Assembly: GCA_937139405.1 (NCBI GenBank)
Contig: CAKZPV010000010.1
Coordinates: forward strand, 7,864-71,863
Reading direction: 5' to 3'
DNA length: 64,000 nucleotides
From: an uncultured Nitrospirota bacterium
Lineage (GTDB): Bacteria; Nitrospirota; Nitrospiria; Nitrospirales; UBA8639
Below are positions 1 to 11,313 of the stretch, piece after piece (the first letter of the stretch is position 1; the number at the start of each line of letters is the position of its first letter). The notes beneath the pieces are model-generated. The model made no database searches. It was given only the letters and a program-made list of their open reading frames with translations, and had not been told where the DNA came from. The translations under genes and the position numbers were made by a program.

Positions 1-1773
1 ATGAGTCTGCCAACACAAGACATTCATCCTGTTTGCAAAATGCGCAGTGGCATCGTCTGTCTCAGTCTGATTTTTGGGTTCGCGCTGATTGGATGTCGAT
101 TGTTTTATTTGCAAGTGTTCCAATCTGACGCTGGAGCCCATGAAGTGCAGCGTCAACATCAAAAATCAATGATGGTACAGTCTGATCGTGGTGTGATTGT
201 TGATCGTCATGGCCATCCCTTGGCGTTGAATGTTGATGTGACCTCCGTCTTTGTCAGTCTCAAGTCCCTCCAAGACCCAGAGCAAACAGCCCATATCTTA
301 GCGCCTATTGTGGATATGCCGGCTGTCCAATTACGCAAGCTTTTCCGCTCTACTCAAAAGCGTGTCCGAGTCAAACGTGACATTCCTGAGGAAAAAGCCA
401 GGCAGGTCGAAGCGATGGCAATCCCTGGGGTGAAAGTGGTGAGGGGGCCACAACGCTTTTACCCTAAAAAAGAGTTGGGTTCTCACATTGTGGGTTTTGC
501 GGGTGATGCTAATCAGGGGCTGGCAGGGATTGAATCGCATTACGAGTCTTTTTTGCGAGGAGAAAAGAATCGGGTACGGTATCAGCAAGATGCGTTAGGG
601 GGGGTTATCTCATCCTTGAACAAGCATGAATCGATGAGCGATCACGCTGGGTATCATGTCACGCTTTCGATTGATGAGGTCATTCAGTTTATTGCGGAAG
701 ATGAACTTGCGAAAGCGGTGAATCAGAGTGGTGCCAAATCAGGAACCATTTTGATCATGGATCCTATGACGGGAGCCATTTTGGCGTGGGCTCTCTACCC
801 CACGTTTGATCCCAATCATTTTAGGAGCCTCTCGCCAGAAGATTGGAAGAATTGGGCGGTGACTGATCCTTATGAGCCAGGATCGACTTTAAAAGTGGTG
901 GTGGCTGCTGCGGCTTTGGAAGAAGGAATCATGGAACCTGACACATTGGTGTATGGAGGGAATGGGCAAATGCCCGTGGCAGGCACGATTGTCCATGATC
1001 ATGCAAAGTCTAGTTGGATCACATTTACGGAAGCGGTGGCGAAGTCGAGTAATGTCGGAGTGATTAAAGTGGCGCTGGAATTGGGGCAATCACGGATGTT
1101 GACATATCTGAAAGCGTTTGGTTTTGGAGAGAAGACAGGCATTGATCTCTCGGGAGAATCAGTGGGAATTTTGCGGGGCTTGAATAAATGGAGTGGTCTC
1201 AGTCTATCTTCAATCGCAATGGGGCAAGAAATTGCTGTGACGCCGATCCAGATGGTGACAGCCATGTCTGTTGTGGCTAATGGAGGATGGCTGATGACTC
1301 CACATGTTGTGTCTTCGATTGTGAATGGTCGTGGGGAATCAATTCGCATGGAAAAGCTAGAGCCAAAACGACGGCCCATTTCTGCTCAAACGGCGAAACG
1401 TCTAGGCCATATTCTTGAAACAGTTGTTGAGGACGGGACGGGCACGCGGGCCAAATTGACGGGGTATCGTGTTGCCGGCAAAACAGGGACTTCCCAGAAA
1501 ATCGATCCAAAAACCGGCGCCTATTCGTCTTCGAATGTTATTGCCTCGTTTGTGGGGTTCGTGCCGGTTGAGCAGCCACGCCTCACGATGCTCGTTGTGA
1601 TTGATGACCCCGAAGAGGAAAAGTTGAGATGGGGCGGAACAATTGCCGCTCCTGTTTTTGGGAAGGTCGCCAATCGGGTCCTGCCCCATTTGGGTATTTT
1701 GCCAGGTGGATCTGAATTGATGCAGACCGCGTCCTCTTCAAATTTGTCTTCGCAGTTGGAACATGTGCAGTAA
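1..1773 (+). CDS. ftsI: Penicillin-binding protein 2/3 (cell division transpeptidase FtsI); the true start may lie at or before the window edge
   Basis: N-terminal TM, RG.I.DR motif, SxxK (EPGSTLK), SxN (SSN) and KTG (KTGT); first gene of the dcw cluster. Confidence 0.93.
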   Translation: MSLPTQDIHPVCKMRSGIVCLSLIFGFALIGCRLFYLQVFQSDAGAHEVQRQHQKSMMVQSDRGVIVDRHGHPLALNVDVTSVFVSLKSLQDPEQTAHILAPIVDMPAVQLRKLFRSTQKRVRVKRDIPEEKARQVEAMAIPGVKVVRGPQRFYPKKELGSHIVGFAGDANQGLAGIESHYESFLRGEKNRVRYQQDALGGVISSLNKHESMSDHAGYHVTLSIDEVIQFIAEDELAKAVNQSGAKSGTILIMDPMTGAILAWALYPTFDPNHFRSLSPEDWKNWAVTDPYEPGSTLKVVVAAAALEEGIMEPDTLVYGGNGQMPVAGTIVHDHAKSSWITFTEAVAKSSNVGVIKVALELGQSRMLTYLKAFGFGEKTGIDLSGESVGILRGLNKWSGLSLSSIAMGQEIAVTPIQMVTAMSVVANGGWLMTPHVVSSIVNGRGESIRMEKLEPKRRPISAQTAKRLGHILETVVEDGTGTRAKLTGYRVAGKTGTSQKIDPKTGAYSSSNVIASFVGFVPVEQPRLTMLVVIDDPEEEKLRWGGTIAAPVFGKVANRVLPHLGILPGGSELMQTASSSNLSSQLEHVQ

Positions 1774-1776
1774 GTC

Positions 1777-3294
1777 GTGACGATTCAAGAGTTACTTGAT
1801 CCGTGCGATGTGGTGAAAACTTCTGGAGATCTCCAGTCTGAAGTCGTATCAATAACTGAAGATTCCCGTGTTGTTGGCCCAGGATCAGTGTTTGTGGCAA
1901 TTCAAGGTACACAGCAAGATGGACATCATTTTGTGAAGCAAGCTTTCGCCCAAGGAGCCACGGCGGCTGTGGTGGAAGCCGGTTGTTTTCAAGGCGATAC
2001 TGCTTTGGTTTTACCGGAAGATTCAGTATTGATCCAGGTCGAGAATTCCCGAAAATCATTGGGATTGATGGCATCCCAACTCAATGGGAATCCGTCGCTG
2101 CAACTCAAAATGGTGGGCGTGACGGGGACGAATGGAAAAACCACTGTGACGCATCTAGTGAAAGCACTTTTAGAAGCTCAGAGTCATCGAGTGGGGTTAC
2201 TTGGGACTGTAGGTTATGTGTTGGGGAAAGAACTTCGTGCGGCCTCGCATACGACGCCGGCTCCTGTGCAACTTCAGGAGATGTTAAGCGAGATGGTGCG
2301 TGTTGGCATAGATGTTGGGGTGCTCGAAGTCTCCTCTCATGCATTGGCATTAGACCGTGTCGCGGGCTGTGAGTTTGATCTCGTGGTGTTTACCAATTTG
2401 ACTCAAGACCATTTGGATTTCCATCAAACGATGGAACAGTACTTTCAGGCTAAGCTTCGTTTGTTGACCGACTATGTGGCTAGTGAGCGGAAGTCTGGCC
2501 CTAAGCGGGCTTTAGTCAATTTTGATGATCCGTGGGCTCCAATGATTCTGCGGCAATGCCCCGTGCCGGTTTGGACGTTTGGCATTCATTCCAAAGCGGA
2601 TATTCAAGCTGAAGCCGTCCAGCTCAGCATGGATGGAACAAAATTTTTGGTGAACAGTCCTCTTGGTCGTTTGGCGATTACGAGTCAATTAGTTGGAGAA
2701 CATAATGTATCCAATATGTTGGCAGCCATTGGTGTCGGGTTAGAGATGGGAATGTCTCCTGAATTAATTGAGGAGACGTTGACGGGAGTGTCAAATGTTC
2801 CTGGTCGGTTTGAGCGCATTCAGGAAGGCCAAGATTTTACCGTGGTAGTGGACTACGCCCATACTGACGATGCGTTGCAACGATTGCTTGAGGCTGCACA
2901 GACAATCAAGCAAGGCCAGATCATCACGATATTTGGTTGTGGCGGGGATCGAGATCCAGGGAAACGATCCAAGATGGGGCAAGTGGCCGTTAAAAAAAGT
3001 GATCGAGTGATTGTCACATCTGATAATCCGCGAACCGAAGACCCGCAAGCCATTCTGGCTGATATCGAAAAAGGCATTGAAGCTTTGCCCTTGGAGGAGC
3101 GATGCTCGTTTCAGGTCATATCTGATCGAGCTGAGGCTATCCAGGCCGCCATTGACCTCGCGCGAGCAGGGGACCTTGTGTTGATTGCAGGAAAAGGACA
3201 TGAAGATTATCAAATACTTGGGACACAGAAAGTTCATTTTGACGACCGGGAAGAAGCTCGAAAGGCCATTCTTCAACGACGGCGTTCGAATTAG
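1777..3294 (+). CDS. murE: UDP-MurNAc-dipeptide:meso-DAP ligase
   Basis: GVTGTNGKTT P-loop, EVSSH, NLTQDHLDFH, DYAHT, and the DNPR motif typical of DAP specificity. Confidence 0.97.
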   Translation: MTIQELLDPCDVVKTSGDLQSEVVSITEDSRVVGPGSVFVAIQGTQQDGHHFVKQAFAQGATAAVVEAGCFQGDTALVLPEDSVLIQVENSRKSLGLMASQLNGNPSLQLKMVGVTGTNGKTTVTHLVKALLEAQSHRVGLLGTVGYVLGKELRAASHTTPAPVQLQEMLSEMVRVGIDVGVLEVSSHALALDRVAGCEFDLVVFTNLTQDHLDFHQTMEQYFQAKLRLLTDYVASERKSGPKRALVNFDDPWAPMILRQCPVPVWTFGIHSKADIQAEAVQLSMDGTKFLVNSPLGRLAITSQLVGEHNVSNMLAAIGVGLEMGMSPELIEETLTGVSNVPGRFERIQEGQDFTVVVDYAHTDDALQRLLEAAQTIKQGQIITIFGCGGDRDPGKRSKMGQVAVKKSDRVIVTSDNPRTEDPQAILADIEKGIEALPLEERCSFQVISDRAEAIQAAIDLARAGDLVLIAGKGHEDYQILGTQKVHFDDREEARKAILQRRRSN

Positions 3295-3311
3295 CTTGGA
3301 TTTCCATTTCA

Positions 3312-4733
3312 ATGGCAACTTTTGAGGTGGATGAAGTGCTCACGGCGACACAAGGAAGATTGCTCTCGAAGGGGAAATTTGCTGGAAAATTTCGTCGTGT
3401 GGAAACAGATTCTCGTGCTGTTAAGCCAGGTGATCTTTTCGTGGCCTTAAAAGGCCCCAACTTTAATGGGCATAAATTTATTAGAAAAGCTTGGGGCAAT
3501 GGAGCTAAGGGAGTTGTGGTTGATGAGGCTGGCGTCGACAGTCTGTTGAAAGACTTGTGTAAGACGAATCAGAATCCTCTCGCTGTCATTCATGTGAAGA
3601 ACACATTGCGAGGCTTCCAAGATTTGGCAAGTTTTCATCGCGCGCGGTTTTCTATCCCAGTCGTGGCCATCACGGGGAGCAATGGAAAAACAACCACCAA
3701 AGAAATGGTGAGTCGGGTGTTGGCGACGCGCTGGCGTATTCTTCAAACGCAAGGAAATTTCAATAATGCTATTGGGGTGCCCAAAACGCTTTTGGGGCTA
3801 CATTCTGGGCATCAGGCGGCTGTTATTGAAATGGGTGTTGATCAGGTCGGGCAAACAAGTCGACTCTGTGAAATGACCAGACCTACTTTGGGAGTGGTCA
3901 CGAATGTCGGGCCTGACCACTTAGAGTTTTATGGAACCATGGCTCGTTCCGCAGCGTCTAAGGCCGAATTGTTTTCTTGGCTTCCTCAAGATGGAGCGGC
4001 CATTTTGAATGCAGATGACCAGTATTTCCCGAAGTTTCATAAAAAAGCCAAATGTTCAATTGTTTCGTTTGGCTTGGCCGATCAAGCTGATGTACGAGGA
4101 GTCAGGCCGGTCTGGGATGGGAGACGAACGAACTTTCACTTATGGTTACCGAATCGGAAAAGAGGCAAGCAGATCTCTGTGCGAACAATGGGTTTGCACA
4201 ATATTTCCAATGCGTTGGCGGGAGCTGCCGTAGGTCATGCGCTGGGCTTTTCCGCTGTGGATATTGCGGCTGGATTAGAAAAATTTCGACCAGCGCCCAT
4301 GCGCTCAGAAATTCGTCGACATGGAGGGGTGATCTATCTCTATGATTGTTATAACGCCAATCCGGCTTCGGTGAAGGCCGCGTTAGACGTGTTGGTGACG
4401 CTAGATCCGATGCGTAGAACAATTGCTGTTCTCGGTGACATGCTCGAACTCGGTCCTCAAGAAGGACGGTTTCACCAAGAGATTGGCCGCTATGCGGCAC
4501 AGAAGGATGTCAGCCATGTGATTGCCTGTGGAACGTTTGGTCCCATGATTCACAAAGGGACCCAGGCTTCTCGAAAGAAGGTGCAGGTCAGGGTCGTGAA
4601 GGATGCGATAGAGGCAGGAGAATGTTTAGCCACCCTGGTGAATCGTGGCGATATCGTCCTCATCAAAGCCTCAAGAGGAGCGCAAATGGAGCGTGTCTTC
4701 GATGCTGTTCGTCTTGGAGGTCGTAAGAAATAA
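3312..4733 (+). CDS. murF: UDP-MurNAc-tripeptide:D-Ala-D-Ala ligase
   Basis: [37 protein letters not shown]. Confidence 0.97.
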   Translation: MATFEVDEVLTATQGRLLSKGKFAGKFRRVETDSRAVKPGDLFVALKGPNFNGHKFIRKAWGNGAKGVVVDEAGVDSLLKDLCKTNQNPLAVIHVKNTLRGFQDLASFHRARFSIPVVAITGSNGKTTTKEMVSRVLATRWRILQTQGNFNNAIGVPKTLLGLHSGHQAAVIEMGVDQVGQTSRLCEMTRPTLGVVTNVGPDHLEFYGTMARSAASKAELFSWLPQDGAAILNADDQYFPKFHKKAKCSIVSFGLADQADVRGVRPVWDGRRTNFHLWLPNRKRGKQISVRTMGLHNISNALAGAAVGHALGFSAVDIAAGLEKFRPAPMRSEIRRHGGVIYLYDCYNANPASVKAALDVLVTLDPMRRTIAVLGDMLELGPQEGRFHQEIGRYAAQKDVSHVIACGTFGPMIHKGTQASRKKVQVRVVKDAIEAGECLATLVNRGDIVLIKASRGAQMERVFDAVRLGGRKK

Positions 4734-4737
4734 TCCT

Positions 4738-5814
4738 ATGTTGTATCTCTGGCTGTATCCCCTTCATGACGACTTCGCGATCTTTAACGTGTTTCGGTAT
4801 CTCAGTTTTCGAATGATTTATGCCGCTATTACGGCTTTTCTTATTGTATTTTTTTTAGCTCCTCCCGTCATTAAAAAATTGCAAACGCTGGGCTTGGGGC
4901 AAAAGATTCGGAGTGATGGCCCGCAATCACATCTAGGGAAATCGGGTACGCCGACGATGGGAGGCATGCTAATTTTGTTTTCGGTGTTATTGGCGACGCT
5001 GCTGTGGGCAGATGTATCGAACTACTATGTCTGGTTAGTTCTGTTGGCCATAGTGGGTTTTGGGTTAATCGGATTTGTGGATGATTACATCAAAATTTTG
5101 CGAGGGCAATCTAAGGGCTTATCACCATTGCAAAAGTTTGTCGGGCAGTTAGGTGTGGCCATGGGTATTGGATTGTTTTTTTATCTTTCCCCGGCCTATT
5201 CCACCGAACTGAGTGTTCCATTTTTTAAGAATTTCACCCCCGATCTTGGGGCGTTCTATATTCCCTTTGCCATATTGGTCATTGTGGGTTGCTCCAATGC
5301 TGTAAATTTAACGGATGGGTTGGACGGCTTGGCGGTTGGCCCGGTAATTATTTCCGCGATGGCCTATACCGTTGTGGCCTGGGCTGTCGGGAATCGAGTG
5401 GTTTCAGAATATCTTTTGATTCCACATATTGAGGGGGCAGGAGAATTAGCGATTTTAACAGCATCCATTATTGGGTCCGGTCTCGGGTTCCTTTGGTTCA
5501 ATACCTATCCTGCATCCGTCTTTATGGGTGATGTGGGTTCCTTGCCATTAGGTGCCGCACTCGGAACAGTGGCCGTCGTCTGCAAGCATGAACTGTTATT
5601 GGTTCTGGTTGGTGGTGTCTTTGTCATGGAAGCTGTGTCGGTCATATTTCAGGTGGCTTCTTTTAAGTCGCGAGGGAAGCGAATCTTTCTGATGGCACCG
5701 TTGCATCATCATTTTGAGATGAAAGGGTGGGAAGAGCCTAAAGTCGTGGTTCGTCTGTGGATCATTGCGATTATTCTTGGATTGTTAAGTATCAGCACGT
5801 TGAAGTTACGCTAA
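4738..5814 (+). CDS. mraY: Phospho-N-acetylmuramoyl-pentapeptide transferase
   Basis: ATG at 4738, just after the murF stop (MLYLWLYPL); [33 protein letters not shown]. Confidence 0.97.
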   Translation: MLYLWLYPLHDDFAIFNVFRYLSFRMIYAAITAFLIVFFLAPPVIKKLQTLGLGQKIRSDGPQSHLGKSGTPTMGGMLILFSVLLATLLWADVSNYYVWLVLLAIVGFGLIGFVDDYIKILRGQSKGLSPLQKFVGQLGVAMGIGLFFYLSPAYSTELSVPFFKNFTPDLGAFYIPFAILVIVGCSNAVNLTDGLDGLAVGPVIISAMAYTVVAWAVGNRVVSEYLLIPHIEGAGELAILTASIIGSGLGFLWFNTYPASVFMGDVGSLPLGAALGTVAVVCKHELLLVLVGGVFVMEAVSVIFQVASFKSRGKRIFLMAPLHHHFEMKGWEEPKVVVRLWIIAIILGLLSISTLKLR

Positions 5815-5824
5815 GTATGGGATT

Positions 5825-7249
5825 TTGGTGACATTCTCTGGAGTCATGGAAACGATGAGCGCCACTCTGGCAGTTCCAACAAGAACTTGGGAGGAGGCAA
5901 ACGTGACGGTCTTTGGTATGGGGCGCAGTGGTCAAGCGGCTACTGATCTCCTTTTAGACCGCGGTTCGAACGTGACGCTTATAGAAGAACATCATCGTCC
6001 GGAATATGAAGGTTTGAGAGAAGCCTATGAGCAACGAGGGGTTCGAATATGTATCGGAGGTAACTTAGAGCCTGTCTTGAACCAGTCTGAGCTTCTTGTG
6101 GTGAGTCCTGGGGTGCCACATGATCATCATTTTCTTCAACAAGCTCGCCAGAAAAACATTCCGGTTATTGGAGAAATTGAACTAGCTGCTAGGTTTCTTC
6201 AGGTTCCTGTGATTGCGATTACCGGAACTAATGGGAAAAGTACAACGGTCCGTCTTATTGGGGCCATTCTTCAAGAAAGCGGGAAGCATGTCTTTGTGGG
6301 AGGCAATCTGGGTCTCCCCCTTTGTGAAGCCGTCCCTAAATTGGCAGAGTCTTCGCCGGCTCAAGGCTATGACTATATTGTTGCGGAGGTTTCGAGCTTT
6401 CAACTTGAAACCATTCAACAATTCAAGCCCTGGATTTCAGTGCTATTGAATGTGACACCTGATCATCTCGACCGACATTCTACTCAAGAAGAGTATCAGT
6501 TGGCGAAACAGCGTATTTTTGAAAATCAAACTGAACAGGATTGGATGGTCATTAACGTTGACGACCCTATCGTGAGGGCGCTGACTCTCAATGCCAAAGC
6601 GCGCGCGTACGAATTTAGTTTTTGCCAAGAAGTCATACAAGGTATGTATTCAAAAGGAAACGTGATTCATGTGCGACAAGACGGAAGAGAGGATATTCTT
6701 TTTGATCGTGACGATATTGCTATGCGTGGACAACACAATGTGGCAAATGCGATGGCTGCGATAAGTGTTGGGCTTCTGTGTGGCTGTTCGAAGGAAGATA
6801 TAGTGGGCGCCCTTCAGCATGTTCCTGTGTTTGAGCACGCCTTGGAACCTGTTCGAACATGGCAAGGCATAACCTTCATTAATGACTCAAAAGGCACGAA
6901 TGTGGATGCCACGCTCAAGGCTTTGCAGAGTTTTGAAGATCCAGTCGTATTGATTCTTGGTGGAAAAGACAAAGGAGGAGACTTTACGCGTCTTTCGGAA
7001 TCTATTCATCAAGGTGTGAAAGGTCTCGTGGTCATAGGAGAGGCGACGCTTCGGATTCTTGATGCGTTAGGAGGGAATATTTCTATCAATTGCGCGATTA
7101 GTCTGGAGGATGCTGTTTCACAAGCCGTTTCTCTGGCGTCGAGCGGGGATGTTGTGTTGTTTTCTCCAGCTTGTGCGAGTTTTGATATGTTTCAGAACTA
7201 TCATCAACGCGGCCTTGAGTTCAAACGTGTGGTCCAGGAGCTTCAATAA
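5825..7249 (+). CDS. murD: UDP-MurNAc-L-Ala:D-Glu ligase (start uncertain; ATG at 5846 or 5855 possible)
   Basis: TGTNGKSTT, EVSSFQL, NVTPDHLDRH, NDSKGTN, SPACASFDMF. Confidence 0.96.
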   Translation: MVTFSGVMETMSATLAVPTRTWEEANVTVFGMGRSGQAATDLLLDRGSNVTLIEEHHRPEYEGLREAYEQRGVRICIGGNLEPVLNQSELLVVSPGVPHDHHFLQQARQKNIPVIGEIELAARFLQVPVIAITGTNGKSTTVRLIGAILQESGKHVFVGGNLGLPLCEAVPKLAESSPAQGYDYIVAEVSSFQLETIQQFKPWISVLLNVTPDHLDRHSTQEEYQLAKQRIFENQTEQDWMVINVDDPIVRALTLNAKARAYEFSFCQEVIQGMYSKGNVIHVRQDGREDILFDRDDIAMRGQHNVANAMAAISVGLLCGCSKEDIVGALQHVPVFEHALEPVRTWQGITFINDSKGTNVDATLKALQSFEDPVVLILGGKDKGGDFTRLSESIHQGVKGLVVIGEATLRILDALGGNISINCAISLEDAVSQAVSLASSGDVVLFSPACASFDMFQNYHQRGLEFKRVVQELQ

Positions 7250-8428
7250 GTGAATATGACGTTGCTTCGAAGAGGTAATGCGCATCGTGAATCACGTGCT
7301 TGGGCTGATTTGTTTCAAGGGTCTATGGCGTTGGGTAGGCGTCGAATTGATCCATTGATTTTAGGGATTACGGTGGCTCTGTCGCTTGGTGGCTTGATCA
7401 TGGTGTTTAGTGCTAGTGGGGTTGTTGCAGAAAAGGAGTATGGTGATTCCACTCATTATCTTCAGCGGCAAATCGTATGGATGGTACTGGGATTTTGTGT
7501 TCTCTTCATCGGATCCTATATTGATTATCGGCAATGGCGGCAGTGGGTACCCTGGATTGTGGCGAGTTGTGTGGTCGGTTTGCTCTTGGTGTTGGCATTT
7601 GGACCACAAATTAACGGAGCTCGTCGATGGTTGACCTTTGGGTTTTTTTCCATCCAACCCACGGAAATGGCCAAGCTGGCTGTGGTGTTGTATCTGGCTG
7701 CCTTTTTAGCCAATCCGAACCGACGCGTCACGGATTGGCGGCGTGGATTTCTCCCACCGGTAGCCGTAGTGAGTGGTCTTTGTCTCCTAATTGTGGTTGA
7801 GCCGGATTTAGGAAGTATTGTGGTGATCGGGTTGGTCTTCGTCTGCATGATGTATCTAGCGGGGGCTAGGCTTGGACATTTGGCGTGTTTAAGTTTGCCG
7901 ATGATCTTGGCATTTCTTGCGCTCATTGTATTCAGCCCAGAACGATGGGAGCGATTTACCACATTCTTGAACCCTTTTCAGGACCGAGAAGGCGCAGGAT
8001 GGCAGTTAGTGCAATCCCTCTTAGCTTTAGAAAATGGGGGAGTATTTGGAGTGGGACTTGGCCAAGGCAAGCAAAAGCTTTTGTATTTACCCGAGGGTCA
8101 TACGGACTTTGTCTTAGCATTGGTTGGAGAAGAACTGGGGCTCGTTGGCACATTAGGATTATTGGGCTTGTTTGTCATTCTTGTGTTTAAAGGATTCCGA
8201 GTGGCCGCGTTGGCGCCAGATGTGTTTGGTCGATATTTGGCTCTGGGAATAACGCTGTTGCTCACTATGCAAGCGATGATCAACGCTGGAGTGGTCAGTG
8301 GAATGTTGCCAACCAAAGGCCTGACGCTTCCTCTTGTGAGTTATGGTGGTTCTTCGCTTCTTACGACGATGTTGGCTATTGGAATATTGCTGAGTATCGC
8401 TCGTCAAGGACGGACGGGCTCTGGCTAG
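7250..8428 (+). CDS. ftsW: SEDS peptidoglycan polymerase FtsW
   Basis: Multi-TM; GARRW, IQPTEMAK, EPDLGS, LPEGHTDF, KGLTLPLVSYGGSS. Confidence 0.96.
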   Translation: MNMTLLRRGNAHRESRAWADLFQGSMALGRRRIDPLILGITVALSLGGLIMVFSASGVVAEKEYGDSTHYLQRQIVWMVLGFCVLFIGSYIDYRQWRQWVPWIVASCVVGLLLVLAFGPQINGARRWLTFGFFSIQPTEMAKLAVVLYLAAFLANPNRRVTDWRRGFLPPVAVVSGLCLLIVVEPDLGSIVVIGLVFVCMMYLAGARLGHLACLSLPMILAFLALIVFSPERWERFTTFLNPFQDREGAGWQLVQSLLALENGGVFGVGLGQGKQKLLYLPEGHTDFVLALVGEELGLVGTLGLLGLFVILVFKGFRVAALAPDVFGRYLALGITLLLTMQAMINAGVVSGMLPTKGLTLPLVSYGGSSLLTTMLAIGILLSIARQGRTGSG

Positions 8429-8436
8429 GGATTGGA

Positions 8437-9513
8437 ATGAGAGTGGTCATTGCTGCGGGTGGAACTGGAGGGCACATGTATCCGGCTATTGCCTATGCCA
8501 AAGCTTTTCAACGGCATGACCCTAAGGGGCATATTTTGTTTGTGGGAACCGGCAAGGACGTAGAACAGAATATTCTCTCCCAAGAAGGATTTTCGATTGA
8601 ACCGATTCGAGTGGAGGGTGTTGTAGGGAAGAGTGCCTTGAGCATGTTTCGCGCACTGTGGCTTCTCCCTCAATCTATTTGGCGATCTCTAGAGATTCTT
8701 CGAGCAAAACACACGGATTTGGTCATAGGGACGGGCGGCTATTTCAGTCCACCAGTGGTATTCGCGGCATGGTTGCTTCGAATTCCCAGAGTATTGTTGG
8801 AGCCCAATGCTATGCCGGGATTGGCGAATCGAATGTTGGGTCCGTTGGCCTCTCGCATTTTCTTGGCATTTGAGAGTGCAATGTCATTTTTTCCCTCATC
8901 CAAAGTCCGAGTTATTGGAACGCCTATTCGTCAGGCTTTTGTTTTGGAATATCCTCCGGCTCTCCCTCAACGAGTGAAGCACCTTTTGATTTTTGGAGGG
9001 AGCCAAGGTGCACAAGCGATTAATACTGCGGTGCTTGAAGCCACTGAACGATCAGCAATTATCCGAGAATCTGTCACCATGACACACCAAACAGGAGCAG
9101 CTGATTGTGAGCGAGTTCGGCAAGGCTATGAACGCCTTGGAATGCAGGCTGATGTGCAGCCATTTCTGTTTGATATGCCAAAAGAACTAGCCAAAGCAGA
9201 TCTTGTCATTTGTCGTGCGGGTGCAAGTACGCTGGCTGAACTAGCTGCCTATGGCAAGGTTGGGATTTTGATTCCGTTTCCACATGCCACACACAATCAT
9301 CAAGAAATGAATGCCATGGCGATGGAACATTCAGGAGCTGCGCGAATGTTGCGACAATCGGAGTTGAACGGACAGCGATTAGCAGAAGAAATCGAATGCA
9401 TGATGCAAGACATTCCAGCGTTACAATCTATGGCCGGAAAAAGTTGGGAGGCGAGGAAAGTTGACGCCACTGAGCAAATGGTTCGCGAATGTCGTTCTTT
9501 AGTTCCTTGCTAA
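8437..9513 (+). CDS. murG: Lipid II GlcNAc transferase
   Basis: GGTGGH, GTGGY, GGSQGA, CRAGAST, HQEMNA. Confidence 0.97.
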   Translation: MRVVIAAGGTGGHMYPAIAYAKAFQRHDPKGHILFVGTGKDVEQNILSQEGFSIEPIRVEGVVGKSALSMFRALWLLPQSIWRSLEILRAKHTDLVIGTGGYFSPPVVFAAWLLRIPRVLLEPNAMPGLANRMLGPLASRIFLAFESAMSFFPSSKVRVIGTPIRQAFVLEYPPALPQRVKHLLIFGGSQGAQAINTAVLEATERSAIIRESVTMTHQTGAADCERVRQGYERLGMQADVQPFLFDMPKELAKADLVICRAGASTLAELAAYGKVGILIPFPHATHNHQEMNAMAMEHSGAARMLRQSELNGQRLAEEIECMMQDIPALQSMAGKSWEARKVDATEQMVRECRSLVPC

Positions 9514-9815
9514 AAACCGAAATTATGTGGGAGTGGCTCCGAGACATTTCAATACCTATATCAAAGTCATGAGTTCATCGTTCATCTTTAATGAGGACGG
9601 ACGTGTGCAGAGAATGAGGGAATGTTAGAAAAGAGATGAGTGCTATTAGCTCTCTTGCTGCCGTGTATGTGATCGCATTTGTATGTGAGTAGAGACATCA
9701 CATCGAGGGAACCAAGAAACTGTTATGAAGCAACAACCTGTTTGCTCTTTCGCCAGCGAGTTGATCGTCAAGCCCTCTGTAATTCTTTGCCTTACCTCTA
9801 GGAGTCTAGGAAATT

Positions 9816-11213
9816 ATGTTTCGAAAAATTCAGCACATTCATCTCGTTGGAATCGGTGGAAGTGGCATGAGCGGCATTGCGGAAGTGCTCCTGACGTTAG
9901 GGTATAAAGTCACGGGTTCTGATACGGGATATTCCGATAGTATTCGTCGGTTGGAAGGAATGGGGGGGACGGTGCATATCGGCCATCAGGAATCGCATGT
10001 TGAGGGCGCGCAAGTGGTTGTCATGTCGTCGGCTATTGCGACATCAAACCCAGAAATTCGTGCAGCACGAGCCAAAGTGATTCCAGTCATCCCACGTGCA
10101 GAGATGCTAGCCGAATTGATGCGCTTGAAATTTGGAATTGCCATTGCAGGGGCCCATGGCAAAACAACGACGACCTCCATGGTGGCGTCCATACTGGCTG
10201 AAGCCGGTCTTGATCCGACCTTTGTGGTAGGTGGGAAAGTGAATGCCATGGGGACGCATGCTCGTTTGGGGCGCAGTGATCTCCTCATTGCCGAAGCTGA
10301 TGAAAGTGATGGTTCGTTTTTGCGTTTGTCTCCTTCCATCGTGGTGGTGACTAATATGGACCGGGAGCATCTCGAGCATTATGGAAGCATGGAGCGACTG
10401 CAAGAAGCATTTTTGGAATTTATCAACAAAATTCCCTTCTATGGCGCCGCAATTTTGAGTGCAGATGATCCTTGGATTCGTGGGTTGTTGCCTGGAGTAG
10501 TGAAGCGTTATCAGACCTTTGGCATGAGTGATTTTTCTGGTGTCCTGACGCCAGATCTATTTGCGACGGATATTGAACCTAAAGCCTTAGGTATAGAGTT
10601 TCGCGCTCATTATCGAGGCCAAAAAATTGGGCCGTTTCGCATTCGCATCCCCGGTGTTCACAATGTGTCGAATGCGTTAGCCGCGATTGGCGTTGCGTTG
10701 GAGTTAGACGTGCCTGTGGATCTCATTCGATCGGGTCTAGCCGCGTTTTCTGGTGTGGAGCGCCGGTTTCAAATACGGGGTGAAAAAAACGGGATTATGG
10801 TCGTAGATGATTATGGCCATCACCCTACCGAAGTCCGTGCCACATTGGCCGCAGCACGAGCGACGTGGTCTCGACGTTTAGTGGTGGTCTTTCAACCTCA
10901 TCGATATTCTAGAACAAGGGATCTAGCTGATGATTTTGCCAAGGCATTTGAACAAGCTGACGTGATTTATGTTTTGGATATCTATGCCGCGGGGGAAAAC
11001 CCAATTCCTGGAATAAGTGGACAGACGTTGGTCGAAAAAATCAGTGGGTCTGGTCATTCTTCTGTTCATTGGGTCAACGGTGATCCTGGATTCGTGAGCC
11101 GGCTGCGAGATGATCTCCGAGAAGGCGATGTGTTGTTGACATTAGGTGCTGGAGATGTGTGGAAAATTGGGCAAGAACTTCTTGGAACGATAGGTGTAAA
11201 GCGTGAGGAGTGA
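9816..11213 (+). CDS. murC: UDP-MurNAc:L-Ala ligase
   Basis: GIGGSGMSGIA, GAHGKTTT, EADESD, DDYGHHPTE, FQPHRYSRT. Confidence 0.98.
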   Translation: MFRKIQHIHLVGIGGSGMSGIAEVLLTLGYKVTGSDTGYSDSIRRLEGMGGTVHIGHQESHVEGAQVVVMSSAIATSNPEIRAARAKVIPVIPRAEMLAELMRLKFGIAIAGAHGKTTTTSMVASILAEAGLDPTFVVGGKVNAMGTHARLGRSDLLIAEADESDGSFLRLSPSIVVVTNMDREHLEHYGSMERLQEAFLEFINKIPFYGAAILSADDPWIRGLLPGVVKRYQTFGMSDFSGVLTPDLFATDIEPKALGIEFRAHYRGQKIGPFRIRIPGVHNVSNALAAIGVALELDVPVDLIRSGLAAFSGVERRFQIRGEKNGIMVVDDYGHHPTEVRATLAAARATWSRRLVVVFQPHRYSRTRDLADDFAKAFEQADVIYVLDIYAAGENPIPGISGQTLVEKISGSGHSSVHWVNGDPGFVSRLRDDLREGDVLLTLGAGDVWKIGQELLGTIGVKREE

Positions 11214-11293
11214 ACAGGAAAAAGTGAGAAACAAGAAAAAACCTCTCAGTAATGATTGTCTCTCATGCTTTTGACTTTTTGTATTTCACTTTT
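11196..11293. repeat. Period-7 degenerate repeat arranged as an imperfect inverted repeat, overlapping the murC stop
   Basis: Heptamers gtaaagc/gtgagga/gtgaaca/ggaaaaa/gtgagaa/acaagaa (11196-11237); 11220-11237 pairs with 11276-11293 (15 Watson-Crick pairs, 2 G-T, 1 mismatch). Confidence 0.7.
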
Positions 11294-11313
11294 GAGGTGA
11301 ATGATATTGGGCT

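Noticed and set aside
4645-4737. Extended N-terminus of mraY in the ORF track
   Set aside because: Overlaps murF by 89 nt; ATG 4738 gives the typical MraY start.
9514-9815. 302-nt gap between murG and murC as a possible sRNA or small gene
   Set aside because: Only short ORFs and one weak hairpin (aagaga..tctctt); nothing I can support.
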